NCBI GenBank assembly: GCA_014728035.1
Contig: WJMJ01000022.1
Location: 1-64,000, forward strand
Source: Promethearchaeota archaeon
GTDB lineage: Archaea > Asgardarchaeota > Thorarchaeia > Thorarchaeales > Thorarchaeaceae
DNA length: 64,000 nt
Direction: 5' to 3'
In this document: piece by piece, positions 29,131 through 38,366 of the stretch
Layout of the letters: each line of letters begins with the position of its first letter
How positions within the stretch are numbered: the first letter of the stretch is position 1
The notes under the pieces: generated by a model
Database searches by the model: none
What the model was told of the DNA's origin: nothing
What the model saw: only the letters and a program-made list of their open reading frames with translations
Position numbers and translations under genes: made by a program

Positions 29131-29711
29131 GTGAAACTCCATTGCCAAATGCAGAATTATACGTCAAAGAATGGGAAGTCACTCCCATGCGCAAACCCAA
29201 AATTGAGAAGGTAGTCGTAGACATGTGTACTGGCGGGGGTGATGTTCTCTCCCGAGCAACAACCATTCTAGAAAATATCACTGGTCAGACTCCAGTGACA
29301 TCCCGTGCAAAACAAACTGTACGTGATTTCGGTATTCGTAGAAGAGAACCCATTGCTGTACGAGTAACCCTTCGTCATGAGTTAGCCAAAGAGTTTCTCA
29401 AAAAAGCCTTGGAAGCAAAGGATAACGTATTATTATTCAAGAATTGGGATGATGATGGTAACTTTGCTTTTGGCATTAGTGAACATATTGACATTCCCGA
29501 TGTAAAGTACGATCCACAGTTAGGAATCCAAGGCATGAATATCACAGTCTGTGTTGAGCGTCCTGGTTATAGAGTTAAGCGGAGACGTCGCAGGAGACAA
29601 AAGGTACCCTGGAGACACAGAATGACACCAGAAGAAAGCATGGTCTTCATCAAGGAAGAATTCAACATTGAAATCCTTGAGAAGGAGCGTGAGAGGACCT
29701 ATCTGTTTTGA
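29127..29711 (+). CDS. rpl5: 50S ribosomal protein L5
   Basis: PMRKPKIEKVVV, FGIRR, GNFAFGISEHID. Confidence 0.97.
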   Translation: MSETPLPNAELYVKEWEVTPMRKPKIEKVVVDMCTGGGDVLSRATTILENITGQTPVTSRAKQTVRDFGIRRREPIAVRVTLRHELAKEFLKKALEAKDNVLLFKNWDDDGNFAFGISEHIDIPDVKYDPQLGIQGMNITVCVERPGYRVKRRRRRRQKVPWRHRMTPEESMVFIKEEFNIEILEKERERTYLF

Positions 29712-29719
29712 GGTGAACG

Positions 29720-29890
29720 ATGATGACTGCAAAGAAAGACAAGAAGAAACGTAAGAAGATGGGAAAGGGCAGCAGATCTTGCATCCGCTGCGGAACACAC
29801 CGAGGCATCATCCGTTCCTATGGTCTGTATATGTGCCGTCGTTGTTTCAGAGAAACAGCGGAGAAGATAGGTTTCAAGAAATATAGCTAG
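29720..29890 (+). CDS. rps14: 30S ribosomal protein S14 (Zn-binding; not in ORF track)
   Basis: Read manually: [56 protein letters not shown], with GAGGTGA RBS. Confidence 0.97.
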   Translation: MMTAKKDKKKRKKMGKGSRSCIRCGTHRGIIRSYGLYMCRRCFRETAEKIGFKKYS

Positions 29891-29905
29891 GGAGGTCTAA
29901 AAAGA

Positions 29906-30298
29906 ATGACATTACTAGACCCATTGGCAGATGCGATGTCTAGCATCTACAACAGTGAATTAGTGGGCAAATCGGAAGTCATTGTATCTCCAGCCTCAAG
30001 CTTGATTGAACGGGTACTGCAGGTTATGCAGTTGAAGGGATATATTGGTGAGTTTGAGCAGATAGATGATGGAAAATCAGGAAGATTTCGAATACAGCTT
30101 ATGGGCCGTACAAATAGGTGCGGTGTTATCAAACCTCGATATCCCGTTAAACGAGATGGGTTCGAGAGATTCGAGAAGCGATACCTGCCTGCCTACAACT
30201 ATGGTATACTGATAGTTACAACCCCTCAGGGTGTTATGACTCATGAGGATGCCAAGAACCGGGGAATCGGAGGCCGATTGCTCGCGTATGTGTATTAG
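29906..30298 (+). CDS. rps8: 30S ribosomal protein S8
   Basis: [23 protein letters not shown]. Confidence 0.97.
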   Translation: MTLLDPLADAMSSIYNSELVGKSEVIVSPASSLIERVLQVMQLKGYIGEFEQIDDGKSGRFRIQLMGRTNRCGVIKPRYPVKRDGFERFEKRYLPAYNYGILIVTTPQGVMTHEDAKNRGIGGRLLAYVY

Positions 30299-30312
30299 AG
30301 GAGAACTGACAA

Positions 30313-30876
30313 ATGTCTGAAGAAGCGATTTACGAAAAACGGATCGAGATTCCAGAGGACTGTAAAGTAGTCTTAGAAGGAAGTACATTGACAGTCAGTG
30401 GACCTCTTGGTACACTGGAACGTTCATTTCCTGAACCTCAGACTCGAATTGCAATCGAGGATAATGAGGTAGTTGCAATGACTAACATCAGTCGCAAGAA
30501 AACTCGTGCTCTTGTTGGAACAATAATCGCACACTTGAGAAATATGTTCATTGGTGTACAACATGGCTATACCTACGAAATGAAGATTGTCTACAGTCAC
30601 TTTCCAATAACTGTAGAACAGCGAGGACAAGAAGTCCTAATCAAGAATTTCATTGGTGAACGTGGTGTTAGAACTGCTCGTTTAATCGGTGATGTGAAGT
30701 TAGAAATCACCGAGGACGATGTCATAATTAGTGGTATTGATATTGAACATGTATCACAGAGTGCTGCAAATATTCAACTCGCCTGCAAGATTCGCGATAA
30801 AGACCGACGTGTCTTCATGGATGGCATCTATGTCATCAAGAAGAGAAAGGGCGAAAGTGTGAAGTCTATAGTATAA
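30313..30876 (+). CDS. rpl6: 50S ribosomal protein L6
   Basis: YSHFP, NFIGE, DRRVFMDGIY. Confidence 0.97.
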   Translation: MSEEAIYEKRIEIPEDCKVVLEGSTLTVSGPLGTLERSFPEPQTRIAIEDNEVVAMTNISRKKTRALVGTIIAHLRNMFIGVQHGYTYEMKIVYSHFPITVEQRGQEVLIKNFIGERGVRTARLIGDVKLEITEDDVIISGIDIEHVSQSAANIQLACKIRDKDRRVFMDGIYVIKKRKGESVKSIV

Positions 30877-30889
30877 GGAGGCGAGATAT

Positions 30890-31942
30890 TTGACGAAGAA
30901 ACCTAAACTTTCAGATATTCCGGGAGTGGGTCCATCCACAGCAGATAGTCTCAAAGAGGCTGGATTCAAAACTGTGCTGAAACTCTCTCAAGCTGATCCA
31001 AAAGAATTAGCAGAGAAGGTATCAGGTGTGGGTCCTGCTACTGCAAAGAAAATGATAGCAGCGGCAAAGAAATTACTTCCTGAAGAATCTAAAGATACAA
31101 AGCCCAAAAAGAAACCTGCCAAGGAGAAGGCGCCTAAGAAGACAACCAAAAAGCCAAAACTTGAGGATATATCTGGTGTTGGACCCTCTACAGTTGAGAG
31201 TCTAAAAGAGGCCGGATATAAGTCTGTAAAGAAATTATCAACAGCTGATCCTAAGGATTTGGCAAAGGCTGTTTCTGGTGTTGGGCCTGCTACTGCTAAG
31301 AAAATGATTGAAGCAGCTAAGAAAATGCTTCCTGCTGAAGCAGAGAAAGTACCAACGGCAGAGAAGAAGCCTAAGAAAACAACCAAGAAAGAGGCGGAAC
31401 CTGAACCGAAAGCGAAACCCAAAAAGAAGAAGAAGAAAAAGAAGCAGCCTGCCAAGAAGAAAGAGGAACCTGAATTTCCCACGAGGGAAACTCTTCATGA
31501 TCCCAGACTTCGACGCATATCCGCTGCAATGAAGAAGCGCAAACCAGCTTTCCGTCATGAGCAAGCTCATCGCTGGAAGCGGGTAAGTGACTCTTGGAGA
31601 AAAGTTCGTGGTATTGATAGTGCCACACGTGAGAAGAAGAAAGGCCGTATTGCAATGGTGTCATCTGGATATCGTACACCAAAAGCAGTACGTGGACTCC
31701 ACCCATCGGGGTATATTGAGGTACGTGTAGAGCGTCCGGAAGACATTGATGAAGAAAAAATCAATCCCGATATTCATGCAATTAGAATTGGTGGAACTGT
31801 TGGCGGTAGAAAACGTCAGGCTATCATCGAAAAAGCTGATGCTTTGCTTATCCGTGTTCTCAATCCAGGTGTATCTGAATTCCTGGATGAAGAGGAAATC
31901 TTCTCAGAACTTGATGGTTTAGATGACTTGGAGGTTGACTGA
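30890..31942 (+). CDS. rpl32e: 50S ribosomal protein L32e with two N-terminal helix-hairpin-helix domains
   Basis: C-terminal L32e core (KPAFRH, WRKVRGIDS, GYRTPKAVRGLHPSG, RVLN); N-terminal duplicated HhH modules and Lys-rich linkers. Confidence 0.93.
   Translation: MTKKPKLSDIPGVGPSTADSLKEAGFKTVLKLSQADPKELAEKVSGVGPATAKKMIAAAKKLLPEESKDTKPKKKPAKEKAPKKTTKKPKLEDISGVGPSTVESLKEAGYKSVKKLSTADPKDLAKAVSGVGPATAKKMIEAAKKMLPAEAEKVPTAEKKPKKTTKKEAEPEPKAKPKKKKKKKKQPAKKKEEPEFPTRETLHDPRLRRISAAMKKRKPAFRHEQAHRWKRVSDSWRKVRGIDSATREKKKGRIAMVSSGYRTPKAVRGLHPSGYIEVRVERPEDIDEEKINPDIHAIRIGGTVGGRKRQAIIEKADALLIRVLNPGVSEFLDEEEIFSELDGLDDLEVD
30893..31333 (+). repeat. Intragenic tandem duplication of a 63-aa HhH module in L32e
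   Basis: Residues 2-64 (30893-31081) and 86-148 (31145-31333); 50/63 identical by hand count. Confidence 0.9.
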
Positions 31943-31943
31943 A

Positions 31944-32393
31944 ATGAAGCTCACCACACAAAAGAGATTAGCTGCACAAGTACTGAAGGTTGGGATTTCA
32001 CGAGTCTGGTGTGACCCAGATTTCATCGATGAGATTTCACTTGCTATTACAAAAGATGACATTCGTCGTCTTATTGATGAAGGTGCAATTCAGGCAAAGC
32101 AAAAGCAAGGGGTAAGCCGTGGACGAGCTCGTCATGTCCTTAAGCAGAAGCGAAAAGGACAGCGAAGTGGTCCTGGTACCAAGAAGGGAAAGGCTACATC
32201 CACCCTTAGCGGCAAAGACCGTTGGATTCGGAAAATACGCCCCATGCGAAAAGAGCTCAAGAAACTCAGAAGTGAAGGAATAATCACTCCTAAAGTCTAC
32301 AGAATGCTCTATTTGAAAGCGAAAGGTAACGCATTCAGAAATACTGCCCACCTCCGAACCTACATCAAGGAACAAAAATTGGAGGCTAAATGA
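31944..32393 (+). CDS. rpl19e: 50S ribosomal protein L19e
   Basis: QKRLAAQVLKVG, YLKAKGNAF; start reassigned to ATG 31944. Confidence 0.97.
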   Translation: MKLTTQKRLAAQVLKVGISRVWCDPDFIDEISLAITKDDIRRLIDEGAIQAKQKQGVSRGRARHVLKQKRKGQRSGPGTKKGKATSTLSGKDRWIRKIRPMRKELKKLRSEGIITPKVYRMLYLKAKGNAFRNTAHLRTYIKEQKLEAK

Positions 32394-32394
32394 T

Positions 32395-33135
32395 ATGGCA
32401 CATGGTCCAACGTATAGAGTTAAGTTCAGAAGACGCCGAGAAGGCAGAACAAATTATTATCGCCGAAGACGATTGCTTGTTTCAAGACGTCCTCGACTGG
32501 TGGTCAGAAAGACCAATCGTCGGGTTATTGTTCAAGTAGTGAATGCTAAAATTGTAGGTGATTTTATTGACAGTTCAGCTAGCTCCTTTGAATTACCAGC
32601 TTATGGCTGGAAAGGAGGAACTTGTAACCTACCAGCTGCCTATCTTACTGGACTACTGGCAGGTTTACGAGCTAAAGCCAATGGAATTGATAATGCTATC
32701 CTTGATATCGGATTACATCCACCAGTTAGGGGTTCCAAAATTTATGCTGCATTGAAAGGTGCAGTTGATGCAGGACTAACTATTCCACACGGTGAGGAAG
32801 TTTTCCCAGATCAAGAACGGCTTACAGGTCAACATATTGTTGAGTCCTTCAAACATCTTTCGGATGAGAAAGACTCTCACATGTTTTCAAAGATTGGCTC
32901 TAAAAAGACGAACATCACAAGCATTCCAAAGCAGTTTGAATCTGTAAAAGCAGAACTTGAAGGTCTGACAAAGACCCAACTCAAGAAGCCTAAGAAAGTC
33001 AAAATAACCGTGCCAAAGAAAACCAAGAAAGAACGCGAAAAACTTGAGGAAAAACCACCTCGGGCAAAACCCCGAAAGCCCAAGCCTAAGAAACTCATTG
33101 CTAAGGGTAGAGGTAAGGGTAAGAAGCGTAAATAG
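32395..33135 (+). CDS. rpl18: 50S ribosomal protein L18 with Lys-rich C-terminal extension
   Basis: RRRREGRTNY, RLVVRKTN, AAYLTG, GAVDAGL. Confidence 0.96.
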   Translation: MAHGPTYRVKFRRRREGRTNYYRRRRLLVSRRPRLVVRKTNRRVIVQVVNAKIVGDFIDSSASSFELPAYGWKGGTCNLPAAYLTGLLAGLRAKANGIDNAILDIGLHPPVRGSKIYAALKGAVDAGLTIPHGEEVFPDQERLTGQHIVESFKHLSDEKDSHMFSKIGSKKTNITSIPKQFESVKAELEGLTKTQLKKPKKVKITVPKKTKKEREKLEEKPPRAKPRKPKPKKLIAKGRGKGKKRK

Positions 33136-33150
33136 GGGATGAATTAGTAA

Positions 33151-33825
33151 ATGAGTAGAAGAAGAAAACGTCGCAGGTCACGACAAGAAAGAAACCCTCT
33201 CGATGATTGGACTCCAAAGACCCATCTTGGAAGGATGGTAAAAGAAGGCCATATCAGTAGCCTTGAAGCCATTGTTGAAGAGAACTATAGTATTCGTGAG
33301 TCTGAGATTGTTGATGTATTGTTTCCAAATCTTCGTCAGGAGATTGTTGATGTATCCCTTGTCCAAAGACAATCCGATAGTGGGCAGCAGAAAAGCTTCC
33401 GTATCACTGTGGTGGTTGGAAATGGAGAGGGTGTTATTGGTATCGGAATTGGAAAAGCACCAGAGTTTGTTCCTGCAATTCGTTCAGCAGAAACTCGGGC
33501 CAAGCTAAATCTAACCATGTTTCGACGTGGATGTGGCTCTTGGGAATGTCGATGTGGCGAGGAACACAGTCTTCCATTTGAGGTAAAAGGTCATGCGGGG
33601 TCAGTCAATGTGACTCTAAAACCCGCTCCAAAGGGTACAGGTCTTGTTACTGCTGATGTTGGAAAGACTGTCCTCCGAATAGCTGGCATCAAAGATGTTT
33701 GGTCGTTCAGGAAAGGACGATCAAGAACTTCATCCAACTTTGGGAAAGCATTTCTAGATGCTCTAATGCAGACATTCAAGATGCTTCCACCACAGGAATG
33801 GACAATGTCAGGAGTTGTTGAATAA
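33151..33825 (+). CDS. rps5: 30S ribosomal protein S5
   Basis: WTPKTHLGRMV, RRGCGSWEC, PAPKGTG. Confidence 0.97.
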   Translation: MSRRRKRRRSRQERNPLDDWTPKTHLGRMVKEGHISSLEAIVEENYSIRESEIVDVLFPNLRQEIVDVSLVQRQSDSGQQKSFRITVVVGNGEGVIGIGIGKAPEFVPAIRSAETRAKLNLTMFRRGCGSWECRCGEEHSLPFEVKGHAGSVNVTLKPAPKGTGLVTADVGKTVLRIAGIKDVWSFRKGRSRTSSNFGKAFLDALMQTFKMLPPQEWTMSGVVE

Positions 33826-34307
33826 TGGCTGATGATGAAAAAACAGTACTTGCAATACGTGTGCGTGGTCAAGTGCGAGTTCGCCCTCAAATTGACACGA
33901 CCCTCGATAATCTGTTGCTAATCAAACTTCACCATGCAAGATTAATCAAACTGACTCCTAGTATGACTGGTATGATTACAAAAGTCAAGGACTACATCAC
34001 TTGGGGTGAACCAACTGCTGAGCTTGTTGAGCAACTACTTACTAAACGTGGTAGACTTCCTGGCAATCGTCGTCTAACTAATGACTATGTCAAGAAGAAT
34101 TCAGAGTTCAAATCAATCAAGGCTTTTGCAAAAGCTCTTGTTTCAGGTGAAGCGATGATGTCCGATGTCACGGACTTGAAGCCAATATTCAGGTTAACTC
34201 CTCCGAGTAAGGGCTACCGTGGTAAGACAAAACTGTCCATTGGAATGGGTGGTGAAACAGGATACAGAGGCGAGGGTATAAACGACCTCGCGATAAGAAT
34301 GATTTGA
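33825..34307 (+). CDS. rpl30: 50S ribosomal protein L30 (uL30)
   Basis: IRVRG, KVKDYITWGE, FRLTPP, GYRG. Confidence 0.96.
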   Translation: MADDEKTVLAIRVRGQVRVRPQIDTTLDNLLLIKLHHARLIKLTPSMTGMITKVKDYITWGEPTAELVEQLLTKRGRLPGNRRLTNDYVKKNSEFKSIKAFAKALVSGEAMMSDVTDLKPIFRLTPPSKGYRGKTKLSIGMGGETGYRGEGINDLAIRMI

Positions 34308-34316
34308 GGTATTTTC

Positions 34317-34853
34317 ATGTCTTGGGACGATAGTGCTGACGAACGTAGGGAAAAAATCCGCCGCTGGTTCGGCGATTTTCTACCTGAAGAAATGCTGAGA
34401 AATATAGAGGCAATGTTAGACCAGATGCTTGCTGGTATTGGTGATGGAACCATGTTCGATCCATCAATGATGGAAGACTTGATGAGAAATCCATCCTCAA
34501 CAAATCCTTTTGTTTTCGGTGTGAAGATGCAGATGGGTCCCGACGGAAAACCAATCATTCAGCGTTTCGGGAATGTACCTGGAGATGAAGAAGAGATTCC
34601 TGCAGGTCCCGCTCTTGAACCACTTGTGGACGTTATAGAGGAATCAGACGAGATTGTTGTTGTTGCTGAGCTTCCCGGTGTCGAACGTGACGAAATTAAA
34701 GTTCGAATAAAGGGACAAAAGCTCACAATACATGTAGACAATCCAACTAGACCATACCATAAGGAAATCAAATTGCCGTCACAAGTCCAGAAGAATGCGG
34801 CTCGGTCGGCAATACGAAATGGAATACTTGAAGTCCGACTCAAAAAGGCATAG
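34317..34853 (+). CDS. hsp20: Small heat shock protein Hsp20 (archaeal type)
   Basis: PFVFG...GPDGKP..QRFGN, EPLVDV, AELPGV, NGILEV alpha-crystallin motifs. Confidence 0.93.
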   Translation: MSWDDSADERREKIRRWFGDFLPEEMLRNIEAMLDQMLAGIGDGTMFDPSMMEDLMRNPSSTNPFVFGVKMQMGPDGKPIIQRFGNVPGDEEEIPAGPALEPLVDVIEESDEIVVVAELPGVERDEIKVRIKGQKLTIHVDNPTRPYHKEIKLPSQVQKNAARSAIRNGILEVRLKKA

Positions 34854-34867
34854 AGAAGGAGAGATAT

Positions 34868-35320
34868 TTGATGAGAAAAAGAAAATCGAAGAAGATTAAC
34901 AAAATGCGAGGCAGACGTGCCGCTGGATATGGCTTCAGTGCTGGCCACAGAGCCTCTGGACAGAGGGGTGGAAAAGGTATGGCCGGATCCAAAAAGCATC
35001 ACTACATCAAAGTTATGCAAGAGAATCCTCGATACTTTGGAAAACACGGATTCAAACGACCCCAGCAATTGGTTGAAGAGACACAAATCATAAACGTTAG
35101 TGACCTCGATGAGACCGTTGACCAGCTTGTTGAGAAAGGTCTTGCAGAAAAGAAGGGTAAGACCTATACAATTGACATGACCCGTCTTGATGTTGACAAA
35201 GTGTTAGGTAGTGGCCAAATATCAAAGAAGATCAAACTAGTTGGCGTTAAAGCAATCAGCAGTGGTGCTGAGAAGAAAATCGCCGCAGCTGGCGGATCTG
35301 TCGAAATGTTAGAAGCATAG
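34868..35320 (+). CDS. rpl15: 50S ribosomal protein L15
   Basis: GQRGGKGMAG, YFGKHGF, KVLGSG, KIAAAGG. Confidence 0.96.
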   Translation: MMRKRKSKKINKMRGRRAAGYGFSAGHRASGQRGGKGMAGSKKHHYIKVMQENPRYFGKHGFKRPQQLVEETQIINVSDLDETVDQLVEKGLAEKKGKTYTIDMTRLDVDKVLGSGQISKKIKLVGVKAISSGAEKKIAAAGGSVEMLEA

Positions 35321-35336
35321 AATTAATTTTGAATGA

Positions 35337-35371
35337 ACTGGGTGCATCTCCGCACTCGGTCTTTTCCTTTT
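35337..35371 (+). terminator. Hairpin plus T-rich tract after rpl15
   Basis: ACTGGGTGC-N6-GCACTCGGT followed by CTTTTCCTTTT. Confidence 0.55.
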
Positions 35372-35514
35372 GTTTGACACTAGTATTGTTTTGGCTCACG
35401 CCAATTTGCAAATGTTTTCTAGTGAATTTCTGGCTAGATGAATCTTAGTAAAACCACTATCTTTAAAGGTACAGCTTAACTCGTCGCCAAAAATACCTGC
35501 AGGAGACATATGAG

Positions 35515-37020
35515 ATGACTTCAACATTCTTGAGAGCACTCTCACCAATGGTCCGTATTATGCCGGAAGTAAAAACCCCTGATAGAGAGGTTTCATTCCG
35601 TGAAAAAGCTATATGGACTCTAATTGTGTTAATTCTATTCTTGCTTATGTCGCATATCCCCCTCTACGGTGTTGATCGACAGGCAGGAACTGACTATCTT
35701 TGGGCTATGCGAGTTATTCTTGCTAGTACCCGTGGTACATTGATGGAGCTAGGAATTGGACCTATAGTCACTGCAGGACTTGTAATGCAGCTCCTCCAAG
35801 GTTCCAAAATAATTGATGTTGACTTTGGTAATCCTGAAGACAGAGCACTATTCACTGGTGGTCAAAAAGTTTTAGCAATGATTATGACTGCACTTCAGGC
35901 TATTGCTTATATTGTTGGTAATGCATACGGTGTATTATCGATTGAGAATCAAGTTCTAGTGTTTGTGCAATTATTCATCTCTGGTATCATTGTTATTCTG
36001 ATGGATGAGCTTATCCAAAAAGGCTGGGGATTGGGATCTGGTGTTTCATTGTTTATTATGACAAATGTAGCAGGCCAGGTCGTATACAACTCGCTCAACA
36101 TTATCGAACTTGAATCTGCAGCACCTGCTGGATATCCAGGTTCCGGTGGTACAAATCTTCCAAAAGGTATCATTGCTGCTATGGTGTCCAATCTTCTAAG
36201 AGTATTTGGTATTGGAACTGATGCTGGACCGGTAGTAGATTGGAGCTGGTTCCTGATTCGGGATAGCTTCAATCCAAGTATCCTCTCCCTAATAATCACT
36301 CTTGGAATATTCTTTGGTGTACTCTATATGGAAGGAGTTAGAGTCGAGATACCTCTTCAATATGCCAAATATCGTGGTATGAAAGCTCGATACCCAATCA
36401 AGCTTCTTTATACTTCAAATATCCCCGTTATTTTAGCTCAGGCACTCTTTGCTAATATTCTGTTCTTTGGACAGATTGTGTTCACCTCGTGGAATTCCGG
36501 TGCAGATAATCCTTTTCTGAACTGGATTGGAATATTCGAACAAGACGAAAACTCGAGTCGTATGATTGCGACATCGGGTCTGGCACGGTATGTGACGCCG
36601 CCTCAGGGGATATTCAATGTGTTATCTCAGCCTGATGGTCTATTGCATATTGCAATATACGCATCTCTGATGATTTTGCTATGTTGGGGATTCAGTAAGA
36701 TTTGGGTCGACATTTCTGGTATTGCTCCTAGAGATGTTTCTCGTCAGCTCCTGAGTTCAGGATACATTGTTCCTGGTTTCAGAAGAAGTGAGAAGGTTCT
36801 TGAGCGATTGCTTGAACGATATATCCCCATCGTTGCAGGCCTTGGTGGATTCCTAGTCGGTGTATTAGCAGCTGTGGCCGATGTCATGGGTGCTCTAGCA
36901 AGCGGCACTGGAATTCTGCTGATGGTGTCGATCATCAAACAGTACTATGAACAACTTGCCAAGGAGCAGTTAGCCGGAATGGGTGGCGAAGGCGTTTCGG
37001 GACTACTTGGAATACTCTAG
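35515..37020 (+). CDS. secY: Preprotein translocase SecY/Sec61-alpha
   Basis: GTLMELGIGPIVTA, GWGLGSGVSLFI, YPIKLLYTSNIP, GFR, GTGILL. Confidence 0.98.
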   Translation: MTSTFLRALSPMVRIMPEVKTPDREVSFREKAIWTLIVLILFLLMSHIPLYGVDRQAGTDYLWAMRVILASTRGTLMELGIGPIVTAGLVMQLLQGSKIIDVDFGNPEDRALFTGGQKVLAMIMTALQAIAYIVGNAYGVLSIENQVLVFVQLFISGIIVILMDELIQKGWGLGSGVSLFIMTNVAGQVVYNSLNIIELESAAPAGYPGSGGTNLPKGIIAAMVSNLLRVFGIGTDAGPVVDWSWFLIRDSFNPSILSLIITLGIFFGVLYMEGVRVEIPLQYAKYRGMKARYPIKLLYTSNIPVILAQALFANILFFGQIVFTSWNSGADNPFLNWIGIFEQDENSSRMIATSGLARYVTPPQGIFNVLSQPDGLLHIAIYASLMILLCWGFSKIWVDISGIAPRDVSRQLLSSGYIVPGFRRSEKVLERLLERYIPIVAGLGGFLVGVLAAVADVMGALASGTGILLMVSIIKQYYEQLAKEQLAGMGGEGVSGLLGIL

Positions 37021-37029
37021 TGTGTTAAA

Positions 37030-37050
37030 GAGTGGGATTAGATCCCACTC
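37030..37050 (+). terminator. 9-bp hairpin plus T-tract after secY
   Basis: GAGTGGGAT-TAG-ATCCCACTC, followed shortly by TTCTTTTTT. Confidence 0.55.
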
Positions 37051-37131
37051 ATTCACTTCTTTTTTGTAAATCTCCCCTTACAGAAGGAATTATAAAATGG
37101 CTAGTTAGTGTCGCATTAGTATAGATAAAAG

Positions 37132-37734
37132 GTGACACCTTCCATGAAAGAACCAAGGGACATTGTGATAGTTACAGGTATTCCTGGCGTTGGCAAAACC
37201 ACCGTGATTAATACGGCTGTTGAGCTTGTGAAAAAAGAACATGACAAGGACGTACTTGTTTTGAATTTCGGCACAGCTATGTTTGAGACCGCATCAAAGA
37301 AAGGATATGTGAAAGACAGAGACGAGATGCGAAAGATGCAAATTTCAAAGCAGCGCGAAGTTCAACAAGCAGCCGGTGAAGATATTGCTGAAAAAGCAAA
37401 GACCGCCAAAGTAATTGTTGACACTCACGCACTTATTCAGACCGGTACTGGATTTCTCATTGGTCTACCTGAGTGGGTAGCTCGAGCAATTAATCCCAAG
37501 ACCGTCGTATTGGTTGAAGCCGACCCCGAAAAAATTGCTGGAAGGCGAAGTTCTGATGAATCCCGAACTCGCGATGTTCAGTTAACAGAGGAGATTGACA
37601 CACATCAGAAGATGTGCCGTTCTGCTGCTGTTTCAGTGGGTACACTCACTGGAGCTACCGTTAGAATAATCAAGAACCGTGAGGGTAAGGTAGAAGAGGC
37701 AGCTAAGCAACTTGCCGAATCCTTGATGGAGTAG
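37132..37734 (+). CDS. adkA: Archaeal adenylate kinase
   Basis: GIPGVGKTT, NFG, DRDEMRK, DTH, GLP. Confidence 0.95.
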   Translation: MTPSMKEPRDIVIVTGIPGVGKTTVINTAVELVKKEHDKDVLVLNFGTAMFETASKKGYVKDRDEMRKMQISKQREVQQAAGEDIAEKAKTAKVIVDTHALIQTGTGFLIGLPEWVARAINPKTVVLVEADPEKIAGRRSSDESRTRDVQLTEEIDTHQKMCRSAAVSVGTLTGATVRIIKNREGKVEEAAKQLAESLME

Positions 37735-37740
37735 AAAATA

Positions 37741-38292
37741 ATGCAGGACATTCTGGCCGATCTTGCCATCATGTTTGAAATATTTCGAACACCTCCTTGG
37801 TCTGGAGTATTCATATTAGTAGTTTCTGTGACCGTTACTTCAATTAGTAACCTAGCTATGCGTCGTTTTGCTGATATGCGTCGTCTCAAACGTTATCAAG
37901 CTGAGATTAAGCAACATCAAGAGATGCAGAAGAAAGCTGAAAAGACCCAGAATGAGAAACTGCTTAGGAAGGTTCGACGTAGAAAGGCGTACATTGATAG
38001 GATACAGCGGGAAATGATGACTGAAAGATGCAAACCCTCCCTCTTATTCTTCATCCCGTTTGTTTTGATATTCTCTCTAATCCGAGGCTGGTATACTGCT
38101 TCTGATGGTATAACTCAGTTGATTGTTGCAGTTATTCCATTTAATGTCACAAAAGCACTTCCTTTCCTGGAAGGTTTCATTGGTACTAGCACTGCAGCGG
38201 GATTTGGATTATTCTTTTGGTCTTTCTATTTCTTAGTTGGACTCGGACTCGGTCAAATACTTCAACGTGTTATGGGTACACAACTAACATAG
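37741..38292 (+). CDS. DUF106 / EMC3-TMCO1-Get1 (Oxa1 superfamily) membrane insertase
   Basis: TM1, cytosolic coiled coil, 'KP' before TM2, W..YF near the C-terminus; conserved position after adk. Confidence 0.88.
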   Translation: MQDILADLAIMFEIFRTPPWSGVFILVVSVTVTSISNLAMRRFADMRRLKRYQAEIKQHQEMQKKAEKTQNEKLLRKVRRRKAYIDRIQREMMTERCKPSLLFFIPFVLIFSLIRGWYTASDGITQLIVAVIPFNVTKALPFLEGFIGTSTAAGFGLFFWSFYFLVGLGLGQILQRVMGTQLT

Positions 38293-38366
38293 ACCTAATC
38301 TTAGAGTGTTGCTAATCAACACTCTACTCTCTTTCTTTTCTAATCATTAAAGTCATCCAAACTTCT

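Noticed and set aside
30988-31706. Long antisense ORFs over rpl32e, and similar shadow ORFs throughout the track
   Set aside because: These are mirror frames of real genes with biased codon use; no independent motifs or RBS
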